Numbered from the stretch's first letter, positions 7,276 to 16,103 are shown. The stretch is 64,000 bases of DNA from Candidatus Shapirobacteria bacterium (GCA_041661765.1 JBAZTV010000001.1:135755-199754), one strand, 5' to 3'. Translations and numbers: made by a program. Notes: generated by a model from the letters alone, not told the origin.

Positions 7276-8685
7276 ATGAAAGAAATAATTTCAATTTTTG
7301 GCACTGGTATTGGTGAAGAAGTCAAGGGTGTCACCACTCAAAAATGTGTTCAAGAAACCAATGCTCACACCGTCATTCGATCTGGCGGTTTTCAATCGGG
7401 TCACCATATCGTCGATAATAACGGTGAAACTTTTTCTTTCAGTCATTTCAGTTGTGGTACTTTTGATGGGGCTCAAACCTATTTAAAAAATATGGTTTTT
7501 AATCCAGTCGATTTATTTGAAGAAGCAATCATGCTCGAAGAAAAAGGAATTGAAAATATTTTTGACAAAATAATTATTGATGAAAACTGTATTAGCACCA
7601 CTCCTTATCATCAAGCCATCAGTCGTCTTCGCGAAGTTTTACTCGGTGACAATAAAAAGGGAACTGTTGGCAAAGGTGTTGGTGATGCTATAAAAGATTC
7701 TTCAGACCCAAATCTAACTCTTCGGGCTGCTGATTTTTTTCAAAATTTTGACTTTCTTCAAAACAAAATTAAAAATATTCAGCAACATAAACTTTATCAA
7801 TCCCAAAAACTTTTAGAAAATAAAAATCCATCTGAAATCTCTGATCGTGCCCTTTTTGAATTTTCCATCATTAAGGATAAAAATCTTATCAAGAAAACCG
7901 TTATTGCTTGTCAATCTTTATCAAAATTAGTTCGTATCACTGACCAAATTTTTTTTCAAGAACTTTTAAATAAAAATGGCACTATTGTTTGCGAACCATC
8001 ACACGGTGCACTTCTCCATCCAGATTTTGGATTTGTTCCCCATGTCACCCAAGTCGATCCTACTGGTCAAGACCTTTTAGAATCCATCAAAAATCAAAAC
8101 TATGACGGTAAGATAGTTCGTCTTGGTGTCAGTCGTTGTTATATTACTCGTCATGGTGCCGGCCCTCTTGTTTCTTTCAATCAAGAAATGACCGATTCCA
8201 TAATTGAAAGTTCGGATAATAACGGTGCCAATGAATGGCTCGGCCCTTTTAGAAATGGAAATTTTGATTTAGTTGCCATGAAGTATGCACTCAATTTTAG
8301 CGGATCAATCAGTGGTCTTGGAATTAGTTATTTAGATATTTTAAATCAAAACCAAAATTGGCAAGTTTGCGAAAGTTACCAATATTTAGGAGATAAAAAC
8401 AACCTCCAAGATTTTTTTGAAATTGAAGACAATAAAATTATCGCCATAAAAATTTACAAAGGTGTAAATAAATCAGATCAAATAAATCATCAAGTTCAAC
8501 TCACCAACTTATTAAAAAATTGTCACCCAATTCTCACCACTCTCAAATCTACGGATAATAAAAATCTCGAAGAAATTTTTATAAATTATGTTGAACAAAA
8601 ATTAGAAATTCCTGTTGTACTTGTTGGTTACGGCCCTAAATCTTCCGATCGAAAATTCAGAATAAATTTATCTGATCTCGGGTAA
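7276..8685 (+). CDS. Divergent adenylosuccinate synthetase-like (PurA/PurZ superfamily) ligase
   Basis: GEEVKG, RSGG.QSGH, GTVGKGVG, EPSHGALLH...PHVT, YITRHGAGP, YLD and GYGP motifs; start MKEII at 7276, just after the ribozyme. Confidence 0.85.
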   Translation: MKEIISIFGTGIGEEVKGVTTQKCVQETNAHTVIRSGGFQSGHHIVDNNGETFSFSHFSCGTFDGAQTYLKNMVFNPVDLFEEAIMLEEKGIENIFDKIIIDENCISTTPYHQAISRLREVLLGDNKKGTVGKGVGDAIKDSSDPNLTLRAADFFQNFDFLQNKIKNIQQHKLYQSQKLLENKNPSEISDRALFEFSIIKDKNLIKKTVIACQSLSKLVRITDQIFFQELLNKNGTIVCEPSHGALLHPDFGFVPHVTQVDPTGQDLLESIKNQNYDGKIVRLGVSRCYITRHGAGPLVSFNQEMTDSIIESSDNNGANEWLGPFRNGNFDLVAMKYALNFSGSISGLGISYLDILNQNQNWQVCESYQYLGDKNNLQDFFEIEDNKIIAIKIYKGVNKSDQINHQVQLTNLLKNCHPILTTLKSTDNKNLEEIFINYVEQKLEIPVVLVGYGPKSSDRKFRINLSDLG

Positions 8686-10377
8686 AAAAACTCGGCTTAA
8701 AAAAAGTTGTGTCGCTATCCGTCTAAACTCTGGTTCCCAAAAATCACTTTGCCAATCGATCAAATCTGAATGGACTGTGCCTTTTGATTTTTTAGATGGA
8801 TAAAAATAACGATAACCTTTATGCATAAATCTGTTTTGGATTATATCCATCTCCAATTTAAGTAAGAAAACAGTTATAATCGTTTTCTTTTGTTTCCCAA
8901 ATCTTTCCAAATTAAGATATTTTTTTGTTATATCTTGGCTAATCTTTTTAAATTCATTATTGGAGCTAATCCAAATTCCATTCCAAAAAATATGTATTTC
9001 TTTTACTCCAATAATTTTTCCATTTTGTTCTGGATTTTTAAATCCAAATTTTTCATCTTTTTTATCAATCCAATATTCCAAAATTTTTTCCACAGTTTTT
9101 AATGCTGGAATTTTTTGATGAAGTCGTTCTAAAATTTCTTCTCTTCTTTCAAAAGTAGTTTCTGGTCTAAAAAATATTGCCGCGTCTATATCTGCTTCCA
9201 CACCAGCATATCCTTTAACTCTTGATCCAAAAACTAAAAATGTTGGATAAATATATTTCATTAATTCACCATCTTCTTTAATTTTTATTACTGCTTCTCT
9301 AAAAATTTCAAAATCTTTTTTTACCATTTCTTTAGTTTTTATTGCCATCAGTTGATTAAATTCGGGCAATTTTGTTTTAAATTTTTCCAAAACTTCATCA
9401 GAAATAATACCTAAATTTTTCCAATGGCTTAATCCAGATTTAATATCATTTTCAAAAATATTTTTATTTTTAATCCAACAATCATAAACTAAAGGCAAAT
9501 ATTTTTCTATTAAATTAATCTTTTCTCCAGCCTTAAAAATACCCACAATTTCAGCAATCTCATTAATTTCACTAAATTCAATTTCACCATCAATTATTTT
9601 TTGACAAATTACTTCTGATTTTTTTTCAGTTTCTTTTTCTTTTTTAACTTGGTTTTCCCATCTAATTCTCGCTCGGCTAATAATAAAACTTTTATCAATT
9701 TTTGGCTTTTGTAAATCAAATAATTTATCAACCAATTTTTCATCAAAATCAAAATTTACTATTTTTTTATCAGCCGCAACAATCAATCCTTCAGTCAAAT
9801 TTATTTTCAAATTTTCGTCATCACAAACATTAACTATTTTTTTTATTTCCTCGTAATCAATTATCTTTTTTTCTAAAATATCTGACACCAAATGAGCCAC
9901 TTTTCTAACTGGAACTGGTTCTCCCAACCCTGCTTCTAAAATATCACCATCAACAAAATCAGCTCGCCAATCTTCCTCAAACAATAATCTAATCCATGAT
10001 TTTTTATAAACTTCAGAAAATTTTTTCCTTGATTTTCTTAAAATTTCACCATTAATTTCTTTTTCCATATTAGGCAAGAGTTGTGAAGGAAGATAAAGGA
10101 TAATTCGGCTATTATTTTCAACATCTTCTTCAATAAATTTTCCTAATCCATCATAAATATCAATTAAATCTTCATTACCAACCAAATCTTTTTCATACGC
10201 TTCATCAAAATCCATATTTACGTCAGGAATTTTATTAAAAATATTTTTTAACTTTTTATACAAATCCCTTCGATCTTTTCCTTCTTCACTTAAAAAAATA
10301 TCTACACCAATCGGGCCAGATATCTCAATTTCATTAAAATTTAGTCTATCTTTTATCTCTACTGTGGACACTACCAA
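8668..10377 (-). CDS. Large protein with a C-terminal Pol-beta-superfamily nucleotidyltransferase domain
   Basis: FGSRVKGYAGVEADIDAAIF (GS...DxD) motif. Confidence 0.7.
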   Translation of the reverse strand: MVVSTVEIKDRLNFNEIEISGPIGVDIFLSEEGKDRRDLYKKLKNIFNKIPDVNMDFDEAYEKDLVGNEDLIDIYDGLGKFIEEDVENNSRIILYLPSQLLPNMEKEINGEILRKSRKKFSEVYKKSWIRLLFEEDWRADFVDGDILEAGLGEPVPVRKVAHLVSDILEKKIIDYEEIKKIVNVCDDENLKINLTEGLIVAADKKIVNFDFDEKLVDKLFDLQKPKIDKSFIISRARIRWENQVKKEKETEKKSEVICQKIIDGEIEFSEINEIAEIVGIFKAGEKINLIEKYLPLVYDCWIKNKNIFENDIKSGLSHWKNLGIISDEVLEKFKTKLPEFNQLMAIKTKEMVKKDFEIFREAVIKIKEDGELMKYIYPTFLVFGSRVKGYAGVEADIDAAIFFRPETTFERREEILERLHQKIPALKTVEKILEYWIDKKDEKFGFKNPEQNGKIIGVKEIHIFWNGIWISSNNEFKKISQDITKKYLNLERFGKQKKTIITVFLLKLEMDIIQNRFMHKGYRYFYPSKKSKGTVHSDLIDWQSDFWEPEFRRIATQLFLSRVFLPEIR

Positions 10378-10458
10378 TTATATCCTATAATTTATAAAAA
10401 ATCAATATTAACCTTAAATACGGGAATTATTTTAAGTAATGAAACAAAATATGAAGAG

Positions 10459-10800
10459 CATTATGATTGCGATGAGCCTTATATCGCTGAAGAATATCTA
10501 ATTAAACAGCTGGTCGCTCATATAGATGAAATTAAATTAGACGAAGTTTACCTAGCCTCATATTTAAAAGAAGATATTGATAGATTTCATGGATTAAGAT
10601 CAAGAGTTCTTCGTCAAGAATTTATAAGTGGAAACCTAAGAGAAATAGAATATGACGCTTTTAATAAGGTCGACAAAGATATGGTCAAAGAATATTTACT
10701 TTATGTTTTACAAACTGGAACAGCAGAGGAAAGATTAAAAGTTATGTCGGCAATTAAGACAAAGTTTATACTGCACAATAAACAGTTGACTATAAAGTAA
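10459..10800 (+). pseudogene. Probable C-terminal fragment of a large serine recombinase
   Basis: Start-less frame HYDCDEPYIAEEYLIKQL...KEYLLYVLQTGTAEERLKVMSAIKTKFILHNKQL*, resembling the region after the Zn ribbon of large serine recombinases (recognised from memory). Confidence 0.5.
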
Positions 10801-10842
10801 AATAAAATACTATAATTACTGTATTATTTTGTATAAATTTAA

Positions 10843-11979
10843 ATGGACAATTGGAGCGCAAGTAAAACAGATAATCCTCAAGGGGCTGATTTTAGGGAAG
10901 TTTTTATAGATGGAAAGGTAAGTGAATTAGAGTTCACTATTAAACCACAAGGTGATTATTGGAGGGCTGGATTTAAACTATTTGACCCTAATGAAGATAT
11001 TTTTCCATTAAGAAGTAATAATAGTTTTTTATTTCATTTAGGGTCTACTCCCCCTAATAAGGAATACGGACTTACTGCTTATTTAAACGGTGATCACATT
11101 AAGGAATTAAACAAAACAAAGAAATACCCGAACAATAAACTAATTAATATCAAACTCGAAATTAACCACAATAATTTTTTAAAGATATATATTAATGGGT
11201 CACTTGAATTTAAACCGAACTGGCATTTTAAAAATCCAAATGTTAGAGAAAAAATTATTCTTATTGCGTGGGGAGATGAATTTAATTATCATGTTTATTT
11301 CAAAAATATCGCCATGGCAAACTGGAAAGACATTAAGAAAAAAGAACAAACAGGGAATGAAAGCGACAAGACACCTGCCACTCTTAAGGTGACTGGTAAT
11401 AAAAACGTTTTTTTAAACAGTCAAGTAAACGGTTCGGCTTTTATCAGCGGTAAAGAAAATGCATTTATAAAAACTAATATTAACTCAACAAAGATAAATT
11501 TAATAAAAAAGACTAAATGGTATAAGAATCCAAAGATAATAGTACCAGCAATCGTTGGAATTTTTACCGCTCCATGGTGGCCTTCAATTTTTTCAGGACC
11601 AAGCGAATATCCCAATAGTAGTATTGGACAAACTAATACACCAACAATTGTTGAAAAACTTATACCACTATCTATGCAAATCCCACAAAAAATAGCTGAC
11701 TCTAATAATGTAATTTTTGTGGATGAAAGTAAATCTTTTACTGATTCATCTTCTGGTTTAATTGTTGGTATTAATCGAGTTCTTTCGCATACCGATTCAG
11801 ATTTAACTATAACTTTTCCAGGAAAACCTTCAGAAGAGATGAAAGATATAAAAAGCGGTAAGAGTTTTCTTTATAAAGGAAAAGATAATTTAGAATATGC
11901 ATTAATTATTGTGGAAATTGCATCTGACAGTGTAGGTATAAAGATTAATTTAAACTCAGAACAGAACCAATTTAGGTAG
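10843..11979 (+). CDS. Hypothetical single-pass membrane protein
   Basis: 378 aa ORF with one hydrophobic segment IIVPAIVGIFTAPWWP; composition unlike neighbouring + strand genes. Confidence 0.7.
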   Translation: MDNWSASKTDNPQGADFREVFIDGKVSELEFTIKPQGDYWRAGFKLFDPNEDIFPLRSNNSFLFHLGSTPPNKEYGLTAYLNGDHIKELNKTKKYPNNKLINIKLEINHNNFLKIYINGSLEFKPNWHFKNPNVREKIILIAWGDEFNYHVYFKNIAMANWKDIKKKEQTGNESDKTPATLKVTGNKNVFLNSQVNGSAFISGKENAFIKTNINSTKINLIKKTKWYKNPKIIVPAIVGIFTAPWWPSIFSGPSEYPNSSIGQTNTPTIVEKLIPLSMQIPQKIADSNNVIFVDESKSFTDSSSGLIVGINRVLSHTDSDLTITFPGKPSEEMKDIKSGKSFLYKGKDNLEYALIIVEIASDSVGIKINLNSEQNQFR

Positions 11980-12114
11980 TTAAAACACCTTTTTTGAAAT
12001 TTTTTTAACCATTACAGGCTATTTTAGCGATAAATGTTGAAAATTGAGAATATTTGACAACAGGTTAGGGGCTATTTGATATAACGATAGGGTCGCACAG
12101 AACACCAAACGTTC

Positions 12115-12199
12115 GGCGGAAGGGATGGGAGTCGAACCCACATGCCATTTCTGACGCAGGTTTAGCAAACCTGTGGCTTACCATTCGCCGCACCCTTCC
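12115..12199 (-). tRNA. tRNA-Ser(GCT)
   Basis: Reverse strand GGAAGGG...CAGGT-TTGCTAA-ACCTG, long variable arm, GGTTCGACTCC, CCCTTCCG. Confidence 0.95.
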
Positions 12200-12254
12200 T
12201 GGGGATAGTGTTTTAGTATATCAAATTTTTCCCAAATGCTTTAAAATTAAAACA

Positions 12255-12794
12255 ATGAAGAAAAAAGCAGTAAGTAGGGTTGATAGGGTTATAAAAGACA
12301 CTAATGAAGAGAAAACTTTAATTGAATGGGAAGCGGCCGAGAGGGCATTTAAGAAAAGAGACAAAGATTTTTGGATCACTGTCGTTTCAATTTTAATTTT
12401 ATTTTCAGTTGTTTTATTTTTTATCGAAGAATTTTTTCTAATTGTCGCTCTCGTTTCAGTTTTATTTTTATATTATGTTCTCTCCACTGTTCCTCCCCAA
12501 GTCGTTAAATATAAAATAACCAATAGAGCCGTCCATTTTGGTGATTCAAAATACAGTTGGGATATTTTATTAAGATTTTGGTTCAGAAAAAGTCTCAATA
12601 CTGAGCTTTTAGAATTTGAAACCAATTTAAGAATTCCTCGACAAATTTCTTTAGTCATCAAAGAATCAGATAAAGAAGAAATTAAAAAAATTGTTTTAAA
12701 GAAATTACCTTTAGTTGAATCATCACCAAATTTTGTTGATAAATTAGCCAAATGGTGGAACGATAAAATGCCTTGGGAAAAACGGGAAAAATAG
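12255..12794 (+). CDS. Conserved hypothetical membrane protein (two TM helices plus PH-like domain)
   Basis: EWEAAER...KRDKDFW, two TM helices, YKITNRAVHFG. Confidence 0.75.
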   Translation: MKKKAVSRVDRVIKDTNEEKTLIEWEAAERAFKKRDKDFWITVVSILILFSVVLFFIEEFFLIVALVSVLFLYYVLSTVPPQVVKYKITNRAVHFGDSKYSWDILLRFWFRKSLNTELLEFETNLRIPRQISLVIKESDKEEIKKIVLKKLPLVESSPNFVDKLAKWWNDKMPWEKREK

Positions 12795-12826
12795 ACTTTA
12801 TTTGGTATAATTCATATGATTTATTC

Positions 12827-12900
12827 GCGCCCATAGTTTAATGGATAGAATGACGGTTTGCGAAACCGTTGATCCAGGTTCGATTCCTGGTAGGCGCACC
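12827..12900 (+). tRNA. tRNA-Arg(GCG)
   Basis: ACGGT-TTGCGAA-ACCGT anticodon arm; GGTTCGATTCC T-arm. Confidence 0.93.
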
Positions 12901-12905
12901 GAAAT

Positions 12906-12987
12906 GGAGGGTTGGCCGAGTGGTTTATGGCGCACGCCTCGAAAGCGTGTGGGGAAACCCGCAGAGGTTCAAATCCTCTACCCTCCG
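12906..12987 (+). tRNA. tRNA-Ser(CGA)
   Basis: CACGC-CTCGAAA-GCGTG anticodon arm, long variable arm, GGTTCAAATCC. Confidence 0.95.
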
Positions 12988-13364
12988 CAATCTTTCGCTA
13001 AAGCTTCAGAATTACATGCCTAATCTGATAATATTGTAATATGTATTACACTTACATATTACATAGTTCAAAATCTCATATTTTCTATTTCGGATCCACG
13101 ATTGATTTAAAAAATAGGTTTACTCTTCACAACACTGGACAAGTAAAATCTACTAAACCACACCTACCTTGGAAATTAGCTTGGTATTGTGGATTTGAAA
13201 CAGAAAAACAAGCCAGAGATTTTGAAATATATTTAAAGACTGGATCTGGAAAAGCTTTTGCATATAAAAGATTTGTTTCTGAAGCTTTAATGAAAGATTT
13301 TGAGAATGGTCGAGTTCCCCATGGTCTTACGAAACCGAAGGTGAAGTAGACCTCTACCCTCCGC
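12975..13364 (+). repeat. 14-bp direct repeat CCTCTACCCTCCGC (tRNA-Ser 3' end) flanking the GIY-YIG gene
   Basis: Copies at 12975-12988 and 13351-13364. Confidence 0.75.
13041..13349 (+). CDS. GIY-YIG nuclease family protein
   Basis: YYTYIL...FYFGST.DL..RF..HN.G...STK...PW...E..LKTGSG. Confidence 0.9.
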   Translation: MYYTYILHSSKSHIFYFGSTIDLKNRFTLHNTGQVKSTKPHLPWKLAWYCGFETEKQARDFEIYLKTGSGKAFAYKRFVSEALMKDFENGRVPHGLTKPKVK

Positions 13365-13471
13365 CTTCGCTCGCCATAGCTCACTTCGGCGGACAAAGTT
13401 CGCCATTTTCTGCGAAGGCGAGAATGTATTAAAACTCTCTCTAACTTTCCTTATGATGATACAATCATAGG

Positions 13472-14923
13472 ATGATTTCGGCAAAAAACATATTTTATTC
13501 CTACGGCAAAGAGAACATTTTTGAAGGTGCCAACTTTTATGTTGCCAAAAATAGCAAAGTTGGTGTCGTTGGGGCCAATGGTTCTGGTAAGTCCACTCTT
13601 TTTAATTTAATTACCGGTGAAGATCGTATTGATGATGGCAACCTTGACATCGTCGGCGATGTCATGTCTGTTCCTCAAGAAGTCAAACACGATGCCACCA
13701 TGGAAAAAGCTGAATCAATTCGCGATTATTTAGATCCTTATTGGCAAAAACAAGATTACGAACTTTTAAAAATGCTTTCTAAATTAGAATTATCTCGTTT
13801 ATCTCTTGAGGGTAAACCTCAAGTTTTAAGTGGTGGCCAAAAAACCAAATTAGCCATTGCCAGGGCTTTAATTTTTGAGCCAGACATTTTACTTTTAGAC
13901 GAACCCACTAACTTTTTAGACGTCGAAGGTAAACTTTGGATGATGAACTTTTTAGGTCGTTATTCCAAAACTCTAATTATTATTTCCCATGATCTAAAAT
14001 TACTCGACAAAAACATCGATAAAATTATCGAAGTTGATAAACGAACCAAACAAATCACTGAATATAACGGTAATTACAGTAATTATGTTAATTTAAAAGG
14101 TGAGAGAGAAACCCTTTTGATTAATCAAATTCATGTTCAAGAACGAAAGATTATAGATATGAAAAAAGGCTTAGTCAGAATTTCTGGCAATCGATCTGAA
14201 AAAGGTGTTCGTCAAAAACTTAATTTGCAAAAAAGAATTGAGAAATTAGTAGTCGCTCTTCCAGAAATGCCACCAAGTGTTAAAAAAATTAACATGCAAT
14301 TACCCGAGCCAGCTTGGGTTGGCGAAGTTCCATTTATAGTCAAAAATATATGTAAGTCTTATGGTGAAAAAAAAGTTTTAACTGATATAAATTTTGATAT
14401 TAAAAGAGGTGAGAGAATTGCTCTCATGGGTCAAAATGGTGCTGGTAAAAGCACTTTAATTAAAATTTTAATGGGCATGTTAATCCAAGATTCCGGTGAA
14501 ATTATCAAAGATGAAAAATTAAAAATTGGTTATTACTCCCAAGAATTTGAAACTTTTGACATGGAGAAAAATCTTTTAGAAACAGTCAAAGATAAATGTG
14601 AAATGACGGAAGCTCAACTTCGTTGTTTATTAGGCCGATTTTTATTCCCCGGTCAAAAAGTTTTTCAAAAAATATCTACCCTTTCTGGTGGTGAAAAAAC
14701 CCGTCTTTCTATTGCCACTCTTCTAGCCAAAAATTACAACCTTTTAATTCTCGACGAACCAACCACTTACCTCGACGTTCTTTCACAAAGACTAATTTTA
14801 GAAGCCCTAAAATTTTATCAAGGCGCCATGATTATCGTCAGTCACACCCCCGAATTTATCGCCGAATTAAAACCCAGTCGCAAATTTCTTCTCCCAGAAA
14901 ATAAAATGGAATTATGTCAATAA
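13472..14923 (+). CDS. ABC-F family ATPase
   Basis: Two ABC domains (GANGSGKST, GQNGAGKST, LSGG, LLDEPT); no TM segments. Confidence 0.92.
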   Translation: MISAKNIFYSYGKENIFEGANFYVAKNSKVGVVGANGSGKSTLFNLITGEDRIDDGNLDIVGDVMSVPQEVKHDATMEKAESIRDYLDPYWQKQDYELLKMLSKLELSRLSLEGKPQVLSGGQKTKLAIARALIFEPDILLLDEPTNFLDVEGKLWMMNFLGRYSKTLIIISHDLKLLDKNIDKIIEVDKRTKQITEYNGNYSNYVNLKGERETLLINQIHVQERKIIDMKKGLVRISGNRSEKGVRQKLNLQKRIEKLVVALPEMPPSVKKINMQLPEPAWVGEVPFIVKNICKSYGEKKVLTDINFDIKRGERIALMGQNGAGKSTLIKILMGMLIQDSGEIIKDEKLKIGYYSQEFETFDMEKNLLETVKDKCEMTEAQLRCLLGRFLFPGQKVFQKISTLSGGEKTRLSIATLLAKNYNLLILDEPTTYLDVLSQRLILEALKFYQGAMIIVSHTPEFIAELKPSRKFLLPENKMELCQ

Positions 14924-14961
14924 AAATTATATAAATATAAATATATAGTCTTCTTAAAAAT

Positions 14962-15231
14962 ATGGATAATATAAATCAAATAACCAAAGAAATTGAAAAA
15001 ATAAAAATTAGAAACTCAAAAGTTGAAGCTGACAAAGCTTGGGAAACAAGTTTTTCTCGAAAACTTTTAATTACTATTTCAACTTATTTTGTCGTTGTTT
15101 TATTTTTCAAATTTGCCAGTTTACCAAAACCATTTATTAACGCCATTGTTCCAACTTTAGGTTTTTTATTATCCACCCTTTCCATTCCTTTTTTTAAAAA
15201 AATCTGGATAAAAAATATCTATAAAAAATAA
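14962..15231 (+). CDS. Small hypothetical membrane protein
   Basis: RNSKVEADKAWETS followed by two TM segments. Confidence 0.75.
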   Translation: MDNINQITKEIEKIKIRNSKVEADKAWETSFSRKLLITISTYFVVVLFFKFASLPKPFINAIVPTLGFLLSTLSIPFFKKIWIKNIYKK

Positions 15232-15271
15232 TTTATCGTAATAAATATTACTTTGAGTGCTAAACTCAAAT

Positions 15272-16051
15272 ATGATTTCTAACGTTAATAAAAAATATTT
15301 TATTTTTATAGACGAGTCTGGAACTTCAGATGTTAAATCTTTTAAAATTCAGCCATTTTTTACTGTTGTCGGTCTAATGATTGGAGAAAATAATAGAGAA
15401 AAAATGAAAATTGATTTTGAAGATTTAAAATTAAAACATTTTGGATCAAAAAATTATGTTATACATAATACTGAAATACGCAGAGATTTAAAAACAGATA
15501 TAAAAATTAAAAACTTTTCCTTAGATTTAGAAAAATTTTTAAATAAATATAACTTTTTTATTTTAAGTACTAACGTTGATAAAGAAAAAGCTTTCCGACT
15601 CGGATGGAGCAAAAATACTGTTTTAAACAGATCATATCGTTCGCTTTTTTCTAATTTATTAAAATTTCTTATTGCTAAAAATCTAAAAGGACAAGTTGTT
15701 AGTGAAGCCAGTAATTCAGAACAAGATATTATTATTTATCAAAATGTTTTCCATTATTTAGTCAATGGTATTAGTAATCTAAATATCACGCCTCAAGAAT
15801 CTAAAAAACATTTAACTTCAATTAGTTTTGTTACCAAGTTTAATAATGATCCAGAAGAACAAATAGCTGATTTATATGGAGTTTGTCCCAGACTTAAAGA
15901 AGAAATTAACAACAAAGATATAAAAAATTTAAATCCGATTCAAAAAGTATTATTGGCTAGTTTTGAAAAGAAATTATTTATTGGATTCGCTAAGAAAAAA
16001 GATAAAGTAAGACTTTATAAAGAAATAAAGTCTACTGTTAAATTACCCTAA
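15272..16051 (+). CDS. DUF3800 domain protein (RNase H-like fold)
   Basis: IFIDESG at the N-terminus and QIAD near the C-terminus; ATG 15272 follows TGcTAAACT. Confidence 0.8.
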   Translation: MISNVNKKYFIFIDESGTSDVKSFKIQPFFTVVGLMIGENNREKMKIDFEDLKLKHFGSKNYVIHNTEIRRDLKTDIKIKNFSLDLEKFLNKYNFFILSTNVDKEKAFRLGWSKNTVLNRSYRSLFSNLLKFLIAKNLKGQVVSEASNSEQDIIIYQNVFHYLVNGISNLNITPQESKKHLTSISFVTKFNNDPEEQIADLYGVCPRLKEEINNKDIKNLNPIQKVLLASFEKKLFIGFAKKKDKVRLYKEIKSTVKLP

Positions 16052-16059
16052 AAACTATA

Positions 16060-16103
16060 AAAACCGGCTAGCGGACGTTGGTCACACTTACCGGCTTTCT
16101 TGG
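16060..16103 (-). ncRNA. Candidate small hairpin RNA (or terminator) convergent on the DUF3800 gene
   Basis: Minus-strand TGtTACAAT at 16108-16116, then AAAGCCGGT-AAGTGTGAC-CAAC-GTCCGCTA-GCCGGTTTTT. Confidence 0.4.

Larger units (their letters stand above)
2430..12020. mobile_element. Putative degenerate genomic island next to tRNA-Ser(GCT)
   Basis: 16-bp direct repeat TTAACCATTACAGGCT at 2430-2445 and 12005-12020; probable serine recombinase fragment; only accessory genes inside; tRNA 3' end about 95 bp beyond the right repeat. Confidence 0.5.

Noticed and set aside
7276-8685. Calling the gene purZ (Z-genome) or purA
   Set aside because: The Asp13-equivalent position is Glu, not Asp or Ser; the aspartate loop is replaced; no datZ/mazZ or phage context.
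12841-13023. 60-aa ORF
   Set aside because: Overlaps two tRNA genes.
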